From NCBI GenBank assembly GCA_017609745.1, contig JAFCDK010000001.1, positions 1-56,829 of the forward strand: a stretch of DNA of 56,829 bases, read 5' to 3'. Numbering within the stretch: the first letter of the stretch is position 1; each line of letters opens with the position of its first letter. Positions 35,529 through 46,143 of the stretch are shown here, piece after piece. The DNA comes from Candidatus Pacearchaeota archaeon. GTDB lineage: Archaea; Nanobdellota; Nanobdellia; Pacearchaeales; GW2011-AR1. Below the pieces are notes generated by a model. It was given only the letters and a program-made list of their open reading frames with translations, did not search any database and was not told where the DNA came from. The translations under genes were made by a program, and so were the position numbers.

Positions 35529-36322
35529 AAAAAAATAAATTATCAAAATTTCAAAAAAATTTAGATTCTCAAAATAGATTTGGATATGAGTGGGATAAAT
35601 TCGACAAAATAATTCCAGAATATGAAATACAATTTTTAAAATGGATTTATCCTCTTAAAAAAAATGATTTCAAGAATAAATCGGTTCTTGATGCGGGATG
35701 TGGAATGGGAAGAAATTCTTATTGGCCCTTAATTTACAAAGCAAAAGAAGTATTTGCTTTTGATTATGATAAAAGAACCGTTGCAGCTGCTCAAAAAAAT
35801 TTATCTAAATTCAAAAATTCAAAAATATTTTATGATTCAATTTATAACTTGAATTTTGAAAATAAATTTGATATAGTTTTTTCTATTGGGGTGATTCATC
35901 ATTTAGAAAACCCCCATAAAGCTATTCAGAAATTAGTAGATTCTGTTAAAAAAAATGGAGTAGTCTTAATATGGATTTATGGATATGAAGGAAATGAATG
36001 GATTGTTCGATATATAAATCCTATAAGAAAAATCACCTCAAAACTATCTCCATGGATTATTAATCTAATCGCTCACATTCTTTCAATCCCTCTTTATACT
36101 TATTTAAAATTTTTCCCACAAAACAAGCCTTATTTAAAACAACTTTCTAAATTTAAATTTTGGCATATTCATAGTATTACTTTTGATCAATTACTACCAA
36201 AAATAGCAAATTACTGGAAAAAAGAAGAAGCTTTAAAATTATTTGAAAATAAAGGTCTAAAAAATATAAAGATATATGCAGTAAACAATAATTCTTGGAC
36301 CATAATGGGAAACAAAAAATGA
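35525..36322 (+). CDS. class I SAM-dependent methyltransferase
   Basis: 265 aa. Motif I VLDAGCGMGRNS, post-I FDYD, and GVIHHLENP. ATGA overlap with the upstream radical SAM gene. Confidence 0.75.
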   Translation: MKKNKLSKFQKNLDSQNRFGYEWDKFDKIIPEYEIQFLKWIYPLKKNDFKNKSVLDAGCGMGRNSYWPLIYKAKEVFAFDYDKRTVAAAQKNLSKFKNSKIFYDSIYNLNFENKFDIVFSIGVIHHLENPHKAIQKLVDSVKKNGVVLIWIYGYEGNEWIVRYINPIRKITSKLSPWIINLIAHILSIPLYTYLKFFPQNKPYLKQLSKFKFWHIHSITFDQLLPKIANYWKKEEALKLFENKGLKNIKIYAVNNNSWTIMGNKK

Positions 36323-37782
36323 AAAAATCAAAATTCAATTTTAGTAATAGAAAAATTATATTTATAATTTTTATTCTCCTTTTTTTATTAGTCTTTTCAA
36401 CAAAATATTATGGTTCAACAGATGTTGGAGATTATGCAAATGTGGCAAAATTTTTTGCAGGAGAATATAATGCAAAAATTCGTTCTTCACATTCTTACTT
36501 TTATGGTTTTATATCCTCACCATTTGTTAGATTAACAAATAATTTTACTGGAATGAAAATTATGTCTCTTGTTTGGTTAATGTTGATTATATTAAGTCTT
36601 TATTATATTTTAAAAAAAGATAGAAAAATGCTTCTGATCATAATTAGTGCACCAATCTTTTGGTATATGGCTCCTTGGATAAATCCAATTCAAATTGCTA
36701 GTTTATTTTTTTTATGGGGCTATTATTTTATTAAAAAGTATCATGAGACTAATAAACTTAAAAATTTAATTTATTCAGGATTATTTATCGGTTTGTCATG
36801 GGCTTTTTGGGATACTATATTATATTTTGGAGCAATTCTTGCTTTATGTTTTTTATATGATAAAAAAATTATCCATTCATTTTATTTTATAATATTTATT
36901 CTTATTGGATTAATCCCTCGATTAATTTTAGATCAAATTTTATTTAATTTTGCTTTTTTTACTATTTTTAAGAGTTTTACTGGGGGGTTTGTAAATCTTT
37001 TATGGGAGGGGGTAAGCGGGCGGGGGGGATTTGGTTCTAAAACATTTACATACATCTTTCCTGTTATGATTATACTCCCCTTATTTTCTTATTTATTATT
37101 AAAACCAAAAAATTTCAAAGAAAACAAAAGAACAATTTTTTTCTTAATTCTATCATTATTATTAATTTTATCAAACCCACAAATAAGATACACACTTACA
37201 TTAATCCCAATTATTCTTTTAAATATTGGAAAAATTTTAAATAAAAACCAATTTAAAATTCAAATTATTTTTTCAATAATTCTTTCCATCTTAATAATTA
37301 CCCCTTACTTAGTGCAAATCCAATATTCTACAAATGCTCCTGAATTTACTTCGGTAGTTGAAAATATTAGAAATTTAGAAATTTCAAGAGAGAATATTAA
37401 TGAAATTAAAAAACAAGATCTTGACAATATTGCTAGAGATTTTCCGCACCAATCTTTTATTGTTGGAAACAAAGCCGATGATTATTCAGCTCTTGCCCAT
37501 TTATATTGGGGGAATAGAATTAAAGAGTTTGTCAGTATTCAAGATTATGAACTTTTTCTTGAAAATAAATCCCTCATTTTTGAAAAACAATTTCATCCAA
37601 TTCCCAACATAGAAAATCGAAGAGAAATATGGATTAAAGGGGGAATAAGTAAAAGAACAAACGATAAAACAGATTATAATTCTATAAAATATGCAATTTC
37701 TATGACAGGGCCTTTTAAATTAAAGAATTTTAAATTAATAAAAAAATACAAAATTTTATCTATATATAAAAAACAATCCTAA
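36319..37782 (+). CDS. polytopic membrane protein, possible GT-C-fold glycosyltransferase/polymerase
   Basis: About 487 aa with more than 10 TM helices. First-loop acidic motif YYGSTDVGDYANVAKFF, and a soluble C-terminal domain. ATGA overlap with the upstream gene. The assignment is tentative. Confidence 0.35.
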   Translation: MKKSKFNFSNRKIIFIIFILLFLLVFSTKYYGSTDVGDYANVAKFFAGEYNAKIRSSHSYFYGFISSPFVRLTNNFTGMKIMSLVWLMLIILSLYYILKKDRKMLLIIISAPIFWYMAPWINPIQIASLFFLWGYYFIKKYHETNKLKNLIYSGLFIGLSWAFWDTILYFGAILALCFLYDKKIIHSFYFIIFILIGLIPRLILDQILFNFAFFTIFKSFTGGFVNLLWEGVSGRGGFGSKTFTYIFPVMIILPLFSYLLLKPKNFKENKRTIFFLILSLLLILSNPQIRYTLTLIPIILLNIGKILNKNQFKIQIIFSIILSILIITPYLVQIQYSTNAPEFTSVVENIRNLEISRENINEIKKQDLDNIARDFPHQSFIVGNKADDYSALAHLYWGNRIKEFVSIQDYELFLENKSLIFEKQFHPIPNIENRREIWIKGGISKRTNDKTDYNSIKYAISMTGPFKLKNFKLIKKYKILSIYKKQS

Positions 37783-37817
37783 AGAAGATTTAAAAGCCTT
37801 CTTTTTTTTAATTTCAA

Positions 37818-39341
37818 ATGAAAGAAAAAAAACAAAGTTTAACTTCTCAAATAATTAAAAATTCTTTATGGAAATTATTCTCTTCTTTAATTACAAGGGG
37901 AGGAGCATTAGTATTCACAATTCTTTTAGCAAGATTTCTACTTCCAGAGAATTTTGGAACATATAATTTAGCAATTTCTATCGCATTTATATTTATGGCA
38001 TTTTTCCATAAAGGCTTTAATGAAACTTTTTTAAGATACATGTCAGAAGCTTTTGGAAAGAAAAACAAAGAAAATATCAAATCTTTTTTTAGATATTTGT
38101 TAAAAATTAAATTTTTATGTTCAATTTTATTTTCTTTAACTCTTCTTTTTTTAGCATACCCCCTTTCTTATTATATTTTCAAAAAACCAACTCTTTTTTT
38201 GCCTTTATTATTTTCTGCTGTTTATATTTTTGTGTTTTCTTTTGATGCCTTTTTAAACTCTTTATTTTTTGCATTAAAAAAAATTAAATATATTTTTATT
38301 AAAGAAATAATTTCACAAACAGGAAGAATAATATTTGCTCTTTTGATTTTTTTTACTATTTCTTCAGTTTATTATGTTTCAGGAATTATTTTTGGTCTTA
38401 TAATTACGAGTTTGTTTGTTTTATTTTTTGGGTTGTACTATGTACATAAATCCATTCCATTCTTATTTGAAAAATCTGAAAAAATAAGCAGAAAAAATAA
38501 AAAAAGAATTTTAAAATTTTTAAAATATATTATTATAGGTGCCTTTTCTTTTATTTTTTTTGGATATATAGATACAATTATGATTGGTTTATTAATCGAA
38601 AATACCTCTTTTATTGGTTATTATCGCTCAGCCTTTGTTTTGGTTTCAAGTTTAGGAGGATTGCTAACTTTTTCTTATGTCTTATTGCCTGTTTTTGTGC
38701 AAATAAAAAAAGAAAAAATCGAAAAGGCATTTAATAGAGTGTTTAGATATTCAATGATTATTGCTTTTCCAGCAACATTTGGAACAATAGTCCTTTCTAA
38801 ACATATTATTAGAATGATTTACGGATACGCGTATCTTCCAGCAAGCATCCCTCTTTATTTCCTATCTTTTTTAATTACTTTTGGGGTTATAGTGGATTTA
38901 TTTTTAAATTTATTTTCTGCACTAGAAAAACCAAAAGCATATTTTCCACTTTTGATAATTATTATTTTCTTTAACATACTTTTAAATTATCTTCTAATAA
39001 TCACATTATCAAAACATTCTTTAATTATGGGTGTGGCAGGAGCAGGAATAGCAACGATTATAAGTTGGTCTATTTATGCTATAGGGCTTGGAGTGTTATC
39101 AAAAAAAGTTTTAAATGTGAAAATAAATTTAAAGCCATTAATCAAACCACTTTTTTCTTCAATAATTATGGCCCTTATAATTTTTTTCACTATAAAATAT
39201 GTAGAAGATATAACTATAATTATTGGATTATTAGAGATTATATTAGGAATTTTAGTTTATATTATCACTATGTTACTTATGGGGGGAATATCTAAAGAAG
39301 ATATTTTATTGTTGGAGGGATATTTAAGAAAAAAAATTTAA
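37818..39341 (+). CDS. Wzx-like oligosaccharide flippase (MOP superfamily polysaccharide biosynthesis protein)
   Basis: 507 aa with about 12-14 TM helices. The N-terminal IIKNSLWKLFSSLITRGGALVFTILLARFL..ENFGTYNLAISI is typical of the Wzx/RfbX family. Confidence 0.7.
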   Translation: MKEKKQSLTSQIIKNSLWKLFSSLITRGGALVFTILLARFLLPENFGTYNLAISIAFIFMAFFHKGFNETFLRYMSEAFGKKNKENIKSFFRYLLKIKFLCSILFSLTLLFLAYPLSYYIFKKPTLFLPLLFSAVYIFVFSFDAFLNSLFFALKKIKYIFIKEIISQTGRIIFALLIFFTISSVYYVSGIIFGLIITSLFVLFFGLYYVHKSIPFLFEKSEKISRKNKKRILKFLKYIIIGAFSFIFFGYIDTIMIGLLIENTSFIGYYRSAFVLVSSLGGLLTFSYVLLPVFVQIKKEKIEKAFNRVFRYSMIIAFPATFGTIVLSKHIIRMIYGYAYLPASIPLYFLSFLITFGVIVDLFLNLFSALEKPKAYFPLLIIIIFFNILLNYLLIITLSKHSLIMGVAGAGIATIISWSIYAIGLGVLSKKVLNVKINLKPLIKPLFSSIIMALIIFFTIKYVEDITIIIGLLEIILGILVYIITMLLMGGISKEDILLLEGYLRKKI

Positions 39342-39348
39342 TGATAAT

Positions 39349-39849
39349 TTAATTTTTTCTAATTTCAAATTCAAATAAAATATCATCATAAATACCATTA
39401 AAGAAAATTTTTAAATATTTTTTAAAAGGAAGATATTTTTTAAATTTATTTTTATAAATAAATTTCCTTTTTTTCAAAATTAAACTTTTTTCTAGTCCAT
39501 ATTCTTTCATAAGAGATTTATCAAATGAAGATTCTGTAAAATTAATTTTATGCATTATGTTTGTCCAAAACGCATAAGAAGTTGCATGAGGGACAATTAA
39601 TGTTAATTTAGCATTATTTTTGGAGATTTTAATAATCTCTTTTAATACTTTGACAGGGAATTCTAAATGTTCAAGAATATCCTTCATATAAATTTCCTTA
39701 AAACTATTTTGTTTGAAAGGATATGGGAACTTATTAAGGTCATGGTAAATATCCGCTTTAAACGATTTATTACTATCTATATTAATCCACCCCTCCTTAT
39801 AATCTTCTCCACATCCAAAGTTAATCTTCTCCATATTTCTCCAATTCAT
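39349..39849 (-). CDS. class I SAM-dependent methyltransferase (Methyltransf_11-like)
   Basis: 166 aa. INFGCGEDYKEGWINID, with DILEHLEFP downstream. Confidence 0.6.
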   Translation of the reverse strand: MNWRNMEKINFGCGEDYKEGWINIDSNKSFKADIYHDLNKFPYPFKQNSFKEIYMKDILEHLEFPVKVLKEIIKISKNNAKLTLIVPHATSYAFWTNIMHKINFTESSFDKSLMKEYGLEKSLILKKRKFIYKNKFKKYLPFKKYLKIFFNGIYDDILFEFEIRKN

Positions 39850-40973
39850 TTTTTATTTAAAATTTTTTCCATAGTTTTTTTAACTTCTTCAACAGTTATT
39901 AAATCTGTTGGATTTTGTATATTCTTTCTTTTTTCTAAATGATGAAGAATAATGGATTTTTTTAACGGTCGCATTAATGTTAATTGATGATATCCTTTAA
40001 GCCCCCATAATGCAATTAGATTTGCTTCAGAAACCCAAGCAATATGCATTGGTCCACCATCATTCGCTATAACAAGCTGACTTTTTTTAAACAAGAGAGA
40101 TAATAATCTTAAATTAAAATTAATTAATTTAAGGCACTTTTTATTTTTATTATTTAACCAATTAATCAATTTTTCATCTTCTTTTCCACCAATAAGTATT
40201 ATCTTATGCTTTGGATATTTTTTACTAATTTGTTTAATTAATTTATCAAATTTATATTGGTTCCATTGTTTAGATTTATTAGTAGCACCAGGACAAATAC
40301 AAATATATTTTTTTAGTTTATGCTCTCTAATGAATTTATTGATCTTTTCTTTATCCTTTTTGTCTGTGACTATTTCTGGAAAATAATTTTCAGGTTTTAT
40401 TCCTAATGCTTTTCCAACTAAATCCATATCATATTTTGTTGTATGCTCTATTTTTCTATAAAGAAATGGATTTGTAAGAAAGGCAATCCCTCCATTTAAA
40501 TTAAAATAACCTGCCCTTTTTTTAATTCTTGGTAGCCATAAAAAAAGAATTATATTTATTAAACTCCCTCTAATATCTATTCCCACATCAAATTTCTCTT
40601 TTTTTATTTTTTTCAAAAATTTAAAATATTGGCGCAGGGATTTAATATTCAGTTTCCTCCAAAAAAGTCCCAGAACAAAAATCTTATCAATATTTTTATT
40701 TTTTTCTAGTAAAGGTTTCGTAATTGGGGAAACTAAAGCAATTATTTTACAATCAGGAATTTTTTTTTTAATCTCTCTATACACATGACTGCACAATACA
40801 ACATCACCAATATGGTCATTTCTTATAATCAATATTTTTTTTGGATTAGTGATTTTTATTGGTTTATTTTTAATAAAAATTGAACTTATTTTATCAAATA
40901 AATATGAGAACATTGCTCTTCTTTTTCCCTGAAATCTTGTCCGATATAATTTATACTGGATTTTTATTTTCAT
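39846..40973 (-). CDS. family 9 glycosyltransferase (heptosyltransferase-like)
   Basis: 375 aa. KKILIIRNDHIGDVVLCSHVYREIKKKIPDCKIIALV, CPGATNKSKQW, and NDGGPMHIA are GT9 hallmarks. Confidence 0.75.
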   Translation of the reverse strand: MKIKIQYKLYRTRFQGKRRAMFSYLFDKISSIFIKNKPIKITNPKKILIIRNDHIGDVVLCSHVYREIKKKIPDCKIIALVSPITKPLLEKNKNIDKIFVLGLFWRKLNIKSLRQYFKFLKKIKKEKFDVGIDIRGSLINIILFLWLPRIKKRAGYFNLNGGIAFLTNPFLYRKIEHTTKYDMDLVGKALGIKPENYFPEIVTDKKDKEKINKFIREHKLKKYICICPGATNKSKQWNQYKFDKLIKQISKKYPKHKIILIGGKEDEKLINWLNNKNKKCLKLINFNLRLLSLLFKKSQLVIANDGGPMHIAWVSEANLIALWGLKGYHQLTLMRPLKKSIILHHLEKRKNIQNPTDLITVEEVKKTMEKILNKK

Positions 40974-41049
40974 TTCTTAACTTTGGATACTAATAGCTTT
41001 AGCTATCAAGGAATACGTTGTTCCCCTAATTTATTTATTTTTGATTTCA

Positions 41050-41480
41050 TGAATATAAACGAGCTTTGATGTTTGACTCGTGAATTAAATAATGAACATA
41101 CTTGAAAGTTTATTCTGGAGGCCAAGATACATATCAGTTTTATGAGATTGTATGAACGAAGTAATCGTTGTTTTAAACACAATATTAAAATTGTTGAGAT
41201 TAGTGTTATGCCTGAACATATGCCTCTGTAGTGAAAACTTATATAAATATAAATCCTTCAAAGGTTCTCCAGTTTATTAAAGGCAGTTTAGCTTATTTAT
41301 TTTTTAAGCACCTGCCCAAAAAGATAGACTAAAATATTCTAAAGGGTATTTATAGAGCAAAGATAAATTTATTGCCTTCATAGGATTTGCTGATTTGGAT
41401 TTTACTATATCCTATATCTTACATCAAGAAGAACACAAAGGTTCCTCTCTCATCGAAACCAAATCCGCAAGGGTTTAGTT
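41050..41480 (+). pseudogene. degraded IS200/IS605-family Y1 (HUH) transposase TnpA relic
   Basis: Fragments spread over three frames and broken by stops: EYKRALMFDS (compare PKYRR), RLYERSNRCFKHNIKIVEISVMPEHMPL (compare ..IEILE..VMPDHVHLL), IAFIGFADLDFTISYILHQEEHK (compare YFV.TVG.....I..YI..QE). The local GC content is higher than in the flanks. Confidence 0.55.
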
Positions 41481-41546
41481 AGTATTTTAATTGAACCTAT
41501 AATAATTTAAAAAATTTAATCTCTTTATAAATATGATTATAATTAA

Positions 41547-42665
41547 ATGAAGAGATTTTTTTATGCAAACTTTTTTAAACTTTTTAGATTATTTTTTTTA
41601 ATGCTTATAAATCTTAAAAAATTTTTTGATAAACTTTTTATTGAAAAAGATAAATTATACACTAGTGTTGGAAGATCCGCTTTACAAGCAATTATAGAGG
41701 AATTTAATCTCAAAAATTCCAAGATGATAATTCAATCTTTTATTTGTTCTAATGTTTTTTCTGCATCTTCTTTACAAAACAACATAAAATTAGTTTTAGT
41801 GGATAATCCAAAAAATAAATTAAACATAACCCTTTCTGATATCAAAAAAGCATATAAAAATGATAAAAAAATAAAATCTGTGTTAATAGTTCATACTTTT
41901 GGTTTAATTAATAAAGAAATAGATAAAATAAGTAACTGGTGTAAAAAGAATAATTTAATTCTTATAGAAGATGCTGTTTATTGTTTTAATATGAAATATA
42001 AAGGAAAGCAGATTGGAACTTTTGGAGATGCCGCAATTTTTAGTTTTCATAAATCTTTTAACTTTTTTATGTCAAGTGTGTATCTTAAAAATAATGGAAA
42101 AATTAATGTTTCTGCTAAACCATATAAAATAAATAAATTAGATTTATTACGATTTATAAAGCTAATTCCTTTCAGTCGATTAATTTTAAAAATTTTAAGA
42201 CCAATTAAAACAAAAGCAAAAATTAAAATTGATCCTACAAAAGTAAAAATAATCTCTGCGCCATGGTTTTTTAATTTTTTCTACACTTCTTCAAAAAAAT
42301 TAAATATAAGAAGAAGAAGAAACGTCGCGTTATCTATTTATAATATATTAAAAAAAGAAAATCCTAATATTTGTCCAAAATTAGAAATTTCATCTAACTT
42401 TTTCTTTTCAATCCCCCTTTTTGTAAAAAATAAAAATAAAATTTTTAATGAACTTATAAAAAAAGGAATAATTTGTAGCACAAGGTGGACAGTTCCTTTA
42501 TCTCGTAATAAACTAATATTGAAAAATCAAAAAATTAATAAAACCCCCAATGCAGAAGAACTTTCAAAAAAGATATTTCATATTTTCATATTTCCTACAT
42601 GGAACAAAAGAAAAATAGAAAGAACAGCAAAGATAATCTCCAAAGTCATCAAAAAATATAATTAA
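41547..42665 (+). CDS. DegT/DnrJ/EryC1-like (fold type I PLP) aminotransferase homolog, divergent
   Basis: 372 aa. VGRSALQAIIEEFNL..SKMIIQSFICSNVFSA...IKLVLVD and LIEDAVYCFNMKYKGKQIGTFGDAAIFSFHKSF match the DegT core including a candidate PLP lysine. The C-terminus is divergent. Confidence 0.45.
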   Translation: MKRFFYANFFKLFRLFFLMLINLKKFFDKLFIEKDKLYTSVGRSALQAIIEEFNLKNSKMIIQSFICSNVFSASSLQNNIKLVLVDNPKNKLNITLSDIKKAYKNDKKIKSVLIVHTFGLINKEIDKISNWCKKNNLILIEDAVYCFNMKYKGKQIGTFGDAAIFSFHKSFNFFMSSVYLKNNGKINVSAKPYKINKLDLLRFIKLIPFSRLILKILRPIKTKAKIKIDPTKVKIISAPWFFNFFYTSSKKLNIRRRRNVALSIYNILKKENPNICPKLEISSNFFFSIPLFVKNKNKIFNELIKKGIICSTRWTVPLSRNKLILKNQKINKTPNAEELSKKIFHIFIFPTWNKRKIERTAKIISKVIKKYN

Positions 42666-42697
42666 TAATTCTCCATATACCCAATATTCAATAACTC

Positions 42698-43357
42698 TTA
42701 TTCCTCTTTTCTTCTTTTTATTTTTTTATTTAACCACCAAAAAAATCTGAATTTTCTTATTAATTTTCTTCCAATTACTTTATAAAATGGAAAATCAACA
42801 TAATAATAAACTATCTTCCCTCCCCACTGGCTTTTAAATCTATTTATTCCTTTAAGATGCCCCCTTGCATTTATTTGATAACCTCCCAAATCTATAAAAT
42901 TAAATCCCTCTTTTAAAGAGTATAATATTGAGTTCCAATATAAAAAATCATTTGGTCTAAAATTATTAAATTCTTTTTTAGATGCAAATGCATAAAATCT
43001 TATTCCTTTTTTATTTGAGTTAGATTTATTATACATTTTTTTTGATACCTCTTTTATTACAGCACATGCAATTATCTCTTTTTTGTATTTGACAATAAAT
43101 AATTTATAATCCTTTGAATCTATCAAATTTTTCCAAAATTCATATGTTTTTGGATTGGTTCCTCCATCTTCCCATACCTTGGAATATATTTGATAACTTT
43201 CATAAATATCTTGTGAAGAAAAGAACCTTTCAAATATTAAGCCAGATTTTTTAGCTTTGTTAATATTTTTTCTCCTCGAACGCTCTATATTTTTCCATAA
43301 TTTTTCTTCTGTTTTATTTGTTAAATCTATAATTATTGTTGCTTTTATGTCTTTCAT
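42698..43357 (-). CDS. FemAB/Acetyltransf_6-like GNAT-fold protein
   Basis: 219 aa. RRKNINKAKKSGL, LFIVKYKKEIIACAVI, IRFYAFASKKEF..FRPNDFLYWNSILYSLKEGFNFIDLGG...GINRFKSQWGGKIV. Confidence 0.5.
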   Translation of the reverse strand: MKDIKATIIIDLTNKTEEKLWKNIERSRRKNINKAKKSGLIFERFFSSQDIYESYQIYSKVWEDGGTNPKTYEFWKNLIDSKDYKLFIVKYKKEIIACAVIKEVSKKMYNKSNSNKKGIRFYAFASKKEFNNFRPNDFLYWNSILYSLKEGFNFIDLGGYQINARGHLKGINRFKSQWGGKIVYYYVDFPFYKVIGRKLIRKFRFFWWLNKKIKRRKEE

Positions 43358-43471
43358 TTTTGTAATAAAAATCGACTTTTTTATAAATATTTCTTTGATT
43401 TAGTTAAAATAGTTAATTATTTAATAACAAGTTTGTATAATTATCTTTAAATACTATTCCTTTTAACTTTT

Positions 43472-44917
43472 ATGATGGTAGTTGGTGATACTTTCTTTAG
43501 AGGAGGGGATATAGAAACTCCCAAAATTTCTAGTTCAGAAGATTTAAACAAATCATTTAATTTTAGATATAATAACACACAAAGAGTTTCTGACATTAGT
43601 AAAGAAGTAAAAAAACCAAAAATAGTCTATGTGGGTATGAGTGCTGATTTGATACATCCAGGCCATCTTAATATAATTAATAAAGCAAAAGAGTTTGGAG
43701 AAGTAATTATTGGATTATTAACTGATAAGGCTATTGCATCTTATAAAAGACTCCCTTTTATGTCTTATGAACAAAGAAAAATTGTAATGGAAAATATAAA
43801 AGGAGTAAAACAAGTTATTCCTCAAGAAACTCTTGATTATACCCCCAATTTAAAAAAAATCAAACCAAATTATGTTATTCATGGTGATGATTGGAAGATT
43901 GGAATCCAAAAAGAAATTAGACAAAGAGTTATAGAAACTTTGAAAGAATGGGGAGGAGAATTAGTAGAGGTGCCTTATACTCAAGGGATTTCATCAACAA
44001 AACTTAATAATGCATTAAACGAAATAGGGATTACTCCCGAAATTCGTATAAAAAGATTAAGAAGGCTTTTAGAATCAAAAGAAATTGTTAGAATATTAGA
44101 AGTACATAATGGATTAACCGCACTTATAGCCGAAAATATCAGTATAACAAAAGAAGGAAAGATAAAGGAGTTTGATGGAGTCTGGATAAGTAGTTTAACT
44201 GATTCAATATCAAAAGGAAAACCAGATATTGGTTTTGTTGATTTAACATCAAGATTAAATACAATAAACCAGGTATTAGAATCAACTACCAAACCAATTA
44301 TTTTAGATGGAGACAATGGAGGAGAATCAGAGCATTTTGAATATATGGTGAGAACAATAGAAAGATTAGGTGTTTCTGCAGTTATAATTGAGGACAAAAC
44401 AGGATTAAAAAAGAATTCTTTATTTGGAACAGAAGTTGAACAAATACAAGAAGAAGTGTCAAAATTTTCAGATAAAATTTCTAGAGGTAAAAAAGCACAA
44501 TTAACAGATGAGTTTATGATTATAGCAAGGATTGAAAGTTTAATTTTAAAAAAAGGACTTTATGAAGCGCTTATCAGAGCAAAAGCATATATTGAAGCAG
44601 GAGCTGATGCTATAATGATTCACAGTAAAGAAAAGGAGCCAACAGAAATTATTGAATTTTGTAAAGAATATTCTAAATTTGAAAATAAAGTGCCATTAGT
44701 AGTTGTTCCTACAACTTACAATTATATTATTGAAAAAGAATTTATAGAACTTGGTGTTAATATAGTTATATATGCAAATCATTTACTAAGAAGCGCATAT
44801 CCAGCTATGAAAAAAACAGCAGAATCAATTCTATTAAATGAAAGAGCCTATGAAGCTGAGGAATTTTGTTTACCAATAAAAGATTTATTAAATTTAATAC
44901 CCGAAAGAAAAGAATAA
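43472..44917 (+). CDS. bifunctional cytidylyltransferase / phosphoenolpyruvate mutase (Fom1-like architecture)
   Basis: 481 aa. The N-terminus has the HxGH cytidylyltransferase motif ([25 protein letters not shown] ... GISSTKL). The C-terminus is ICL/PEP-mutase superfamily ([51 protein letters not shown]). Confidence 0.8.
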   Translation: MMVVGDTFFRGGDIETPKISSSEDLNKSFNFRYNNTQRVSDISKEVKKPKIVYVGMSADLIHPGHLNIINKAKEFGEVIIGLLTDKAIASYKRLPFMSYEQRKIVMENIKGVKQVIPQETLDYTPNLKKIKPNYVIHGDDWKIGIQKEIRQRVIETLKEWGGELVEVPYTQGISSTKLNNALNEIGITPEIRIKRLRRLLESKEIVRILEVHNGLTALIAENISITKEGKIKEFDGVWISSLTDSISKGKPDIGFVDLTSRLNTINQVLESTTKPIILDGDNGGESEHFEYMVRTIERLGVSAVIIEDKTGLKKNSLFGTEVEQIQEEVSKFSDKISRGKKAQLTDEFMIIARIESLILKKGLYEALIRAKAYIEAGADAIMIHSKEKEPTEIIEFCKEYSKFENKVPLVVVPTTYNYIIEKEFIELGVNIVIYANHLLRSAYPAMKKTAESILLNERAYEAEEFCLPIKDLLNLIPERKE

Positions 44918-44961
44918 ATTATATAAAAATTTAAATATTCTTTTCTCACATAAAATAGGAT

Positions 44962-46080
44962 ATGAAATGTGAAGAGTTATCAGAAATATTTAAAAAAAAT
45001 GATTTGACCTTTTTTACAGGAGTTCCTGATTCTATATTTAAAGATTGGATGAAATTTTTAGCAGATGGAAATGGTTTAACAAACATTATTGCATGTAATG
45101 AATGTGAAGCAACTGCAATTGCTTCTGGATATCATTTAGCTACAAATAAGGTGGGAATTGTGTATATGCAAAATTCTGGTCTTGGAAAATGTGTTAATCC
45201 TTTGACTTCCTTAATCTCAAAAGAAGCGTATGCTATACCCACTCTTTTGATGATTGGTTGGAGAGGAGAACCAGAAAAAAAAGACGAGCCACAACATAAA
45301 ATGATGGGGAGAATTATGTTGCCTTTGCTTGACACATTAGAAATTCCTTATCAAATCCTACCCAATGATATAAAACAAGCCGAACAAGTGATAAAAGAAA
45401 TGAAAGAACTAGCAGAACAAAAAAATTATGCTTCTGCAATTATAATCAAAAAAGACACTTTAGAAGAGTATGTTGCTCAAACTTTTGTTAAAACAAATTA
45501 TGAAATGTCAAGAGAAGATGCAATTAAGCTCATAGTGGACAATATGGATGGCGAAGAAGTAATTGTGTCTACTACAGGGAAAACGTCAAGAGAATTATTT
45601 GAATATCGGGTTGCAAGACAAGAAATACCAAGAGATTTTTATACAGTGGGGAGTATGGGGTGTTCAGCATCAATTGCAAACAGCATAGCTCTACAAAAAC
45701 CAGAAAAAAAGATTTTTATTTTTGATGGAGATGGTGCAGTTTTAATGCAAATGGGAGCATTATCAACAATTGGGCACTATAAAGCTAAAAATCTTTATCA
45801 TGTTATATTTGATAATACTTGTCATGATTCAACTGGGGGGCAACCAACTGTATCATCTACAGTTGATTTCAAACAAATAGCTTTGAGTTGTGGATATAGA
45901 AATGCTATAAAAATAGAAACAAAAGATGCTCTAATCAAAACAGTAAAAGAAACAAAGGAAAAACAAGGACCCAATTTATTTATTGTTAAAGTAAATAAGG
46001 GCGCAAGGCAAGATTTAGGAAGACCAACAACGACCCCCATTGAAAATAAAGAAGCTTTTATGCAATTCTTGCAAAAATGA
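44962..46080 (+). CDS. phosphonopyruvate decarboxylase (ThDP-dependent)
   Basis: 372 aa, the typical size. FFTGVPDS, GLGKCVNPLTSL, GSMGCSASIANSIAL, and FDGDGAVLMQMG..HVIFDN (ThDP/Mg motif). Directly downstream of the PEP mutase gene. Confidence 0.8.
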   Translation: MKCEELSEIFKKNDLTFFTGVPDSIFKDWMKFLADGNGLTNIIACNECEATAIASGYHLATNKVGIVYMQNSGLGKCVNPLTSLISKEAYAIPTLLMIGWRGEPEKKDEPQHKMMGRIMLPLLDTLEIPYQILPNDIKQAEQVIKEMKELAEQKNYASAIIIKKDTLEEYVAQTFVKTNYEMSREDAIKLIVDNMDGEEVIVSTTGKTSRELFEYRVARQEIPRDFYTVGSMGCSASIANSIALQKPEKKIFIFDGDGAVLMQMGALSTIGHYKAKNLYHVIFDNTCHDSTGGQPTVSSTVDFKQIALSCGYRNAIKIETKDALIKTVKETKEKQGPNLFIVKVNKGARQDLGRPTTTPIENKEAFMQFLQK

Positions 46081-46143
46081 GGCAACAAGAATTTTTTGGT
46101 TTTGAAAGTATAAAAAATTTCTAAATGTTGACTTCAAATTAAA

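Noticed and set aside
41547-42665. The DegT-like protein as the missing 2-aminoethylphosphonate transaminase of the phosphonate branch
   Set aside because: AEP transaminases (PhnW/AepZ) belong to a different aminotransferase class. This ORF matches the sugar-aminotransferase (DegT) core, is divergent at its C-terminus, and is separated from the phosphonate genes by an oppositely oriented gene.
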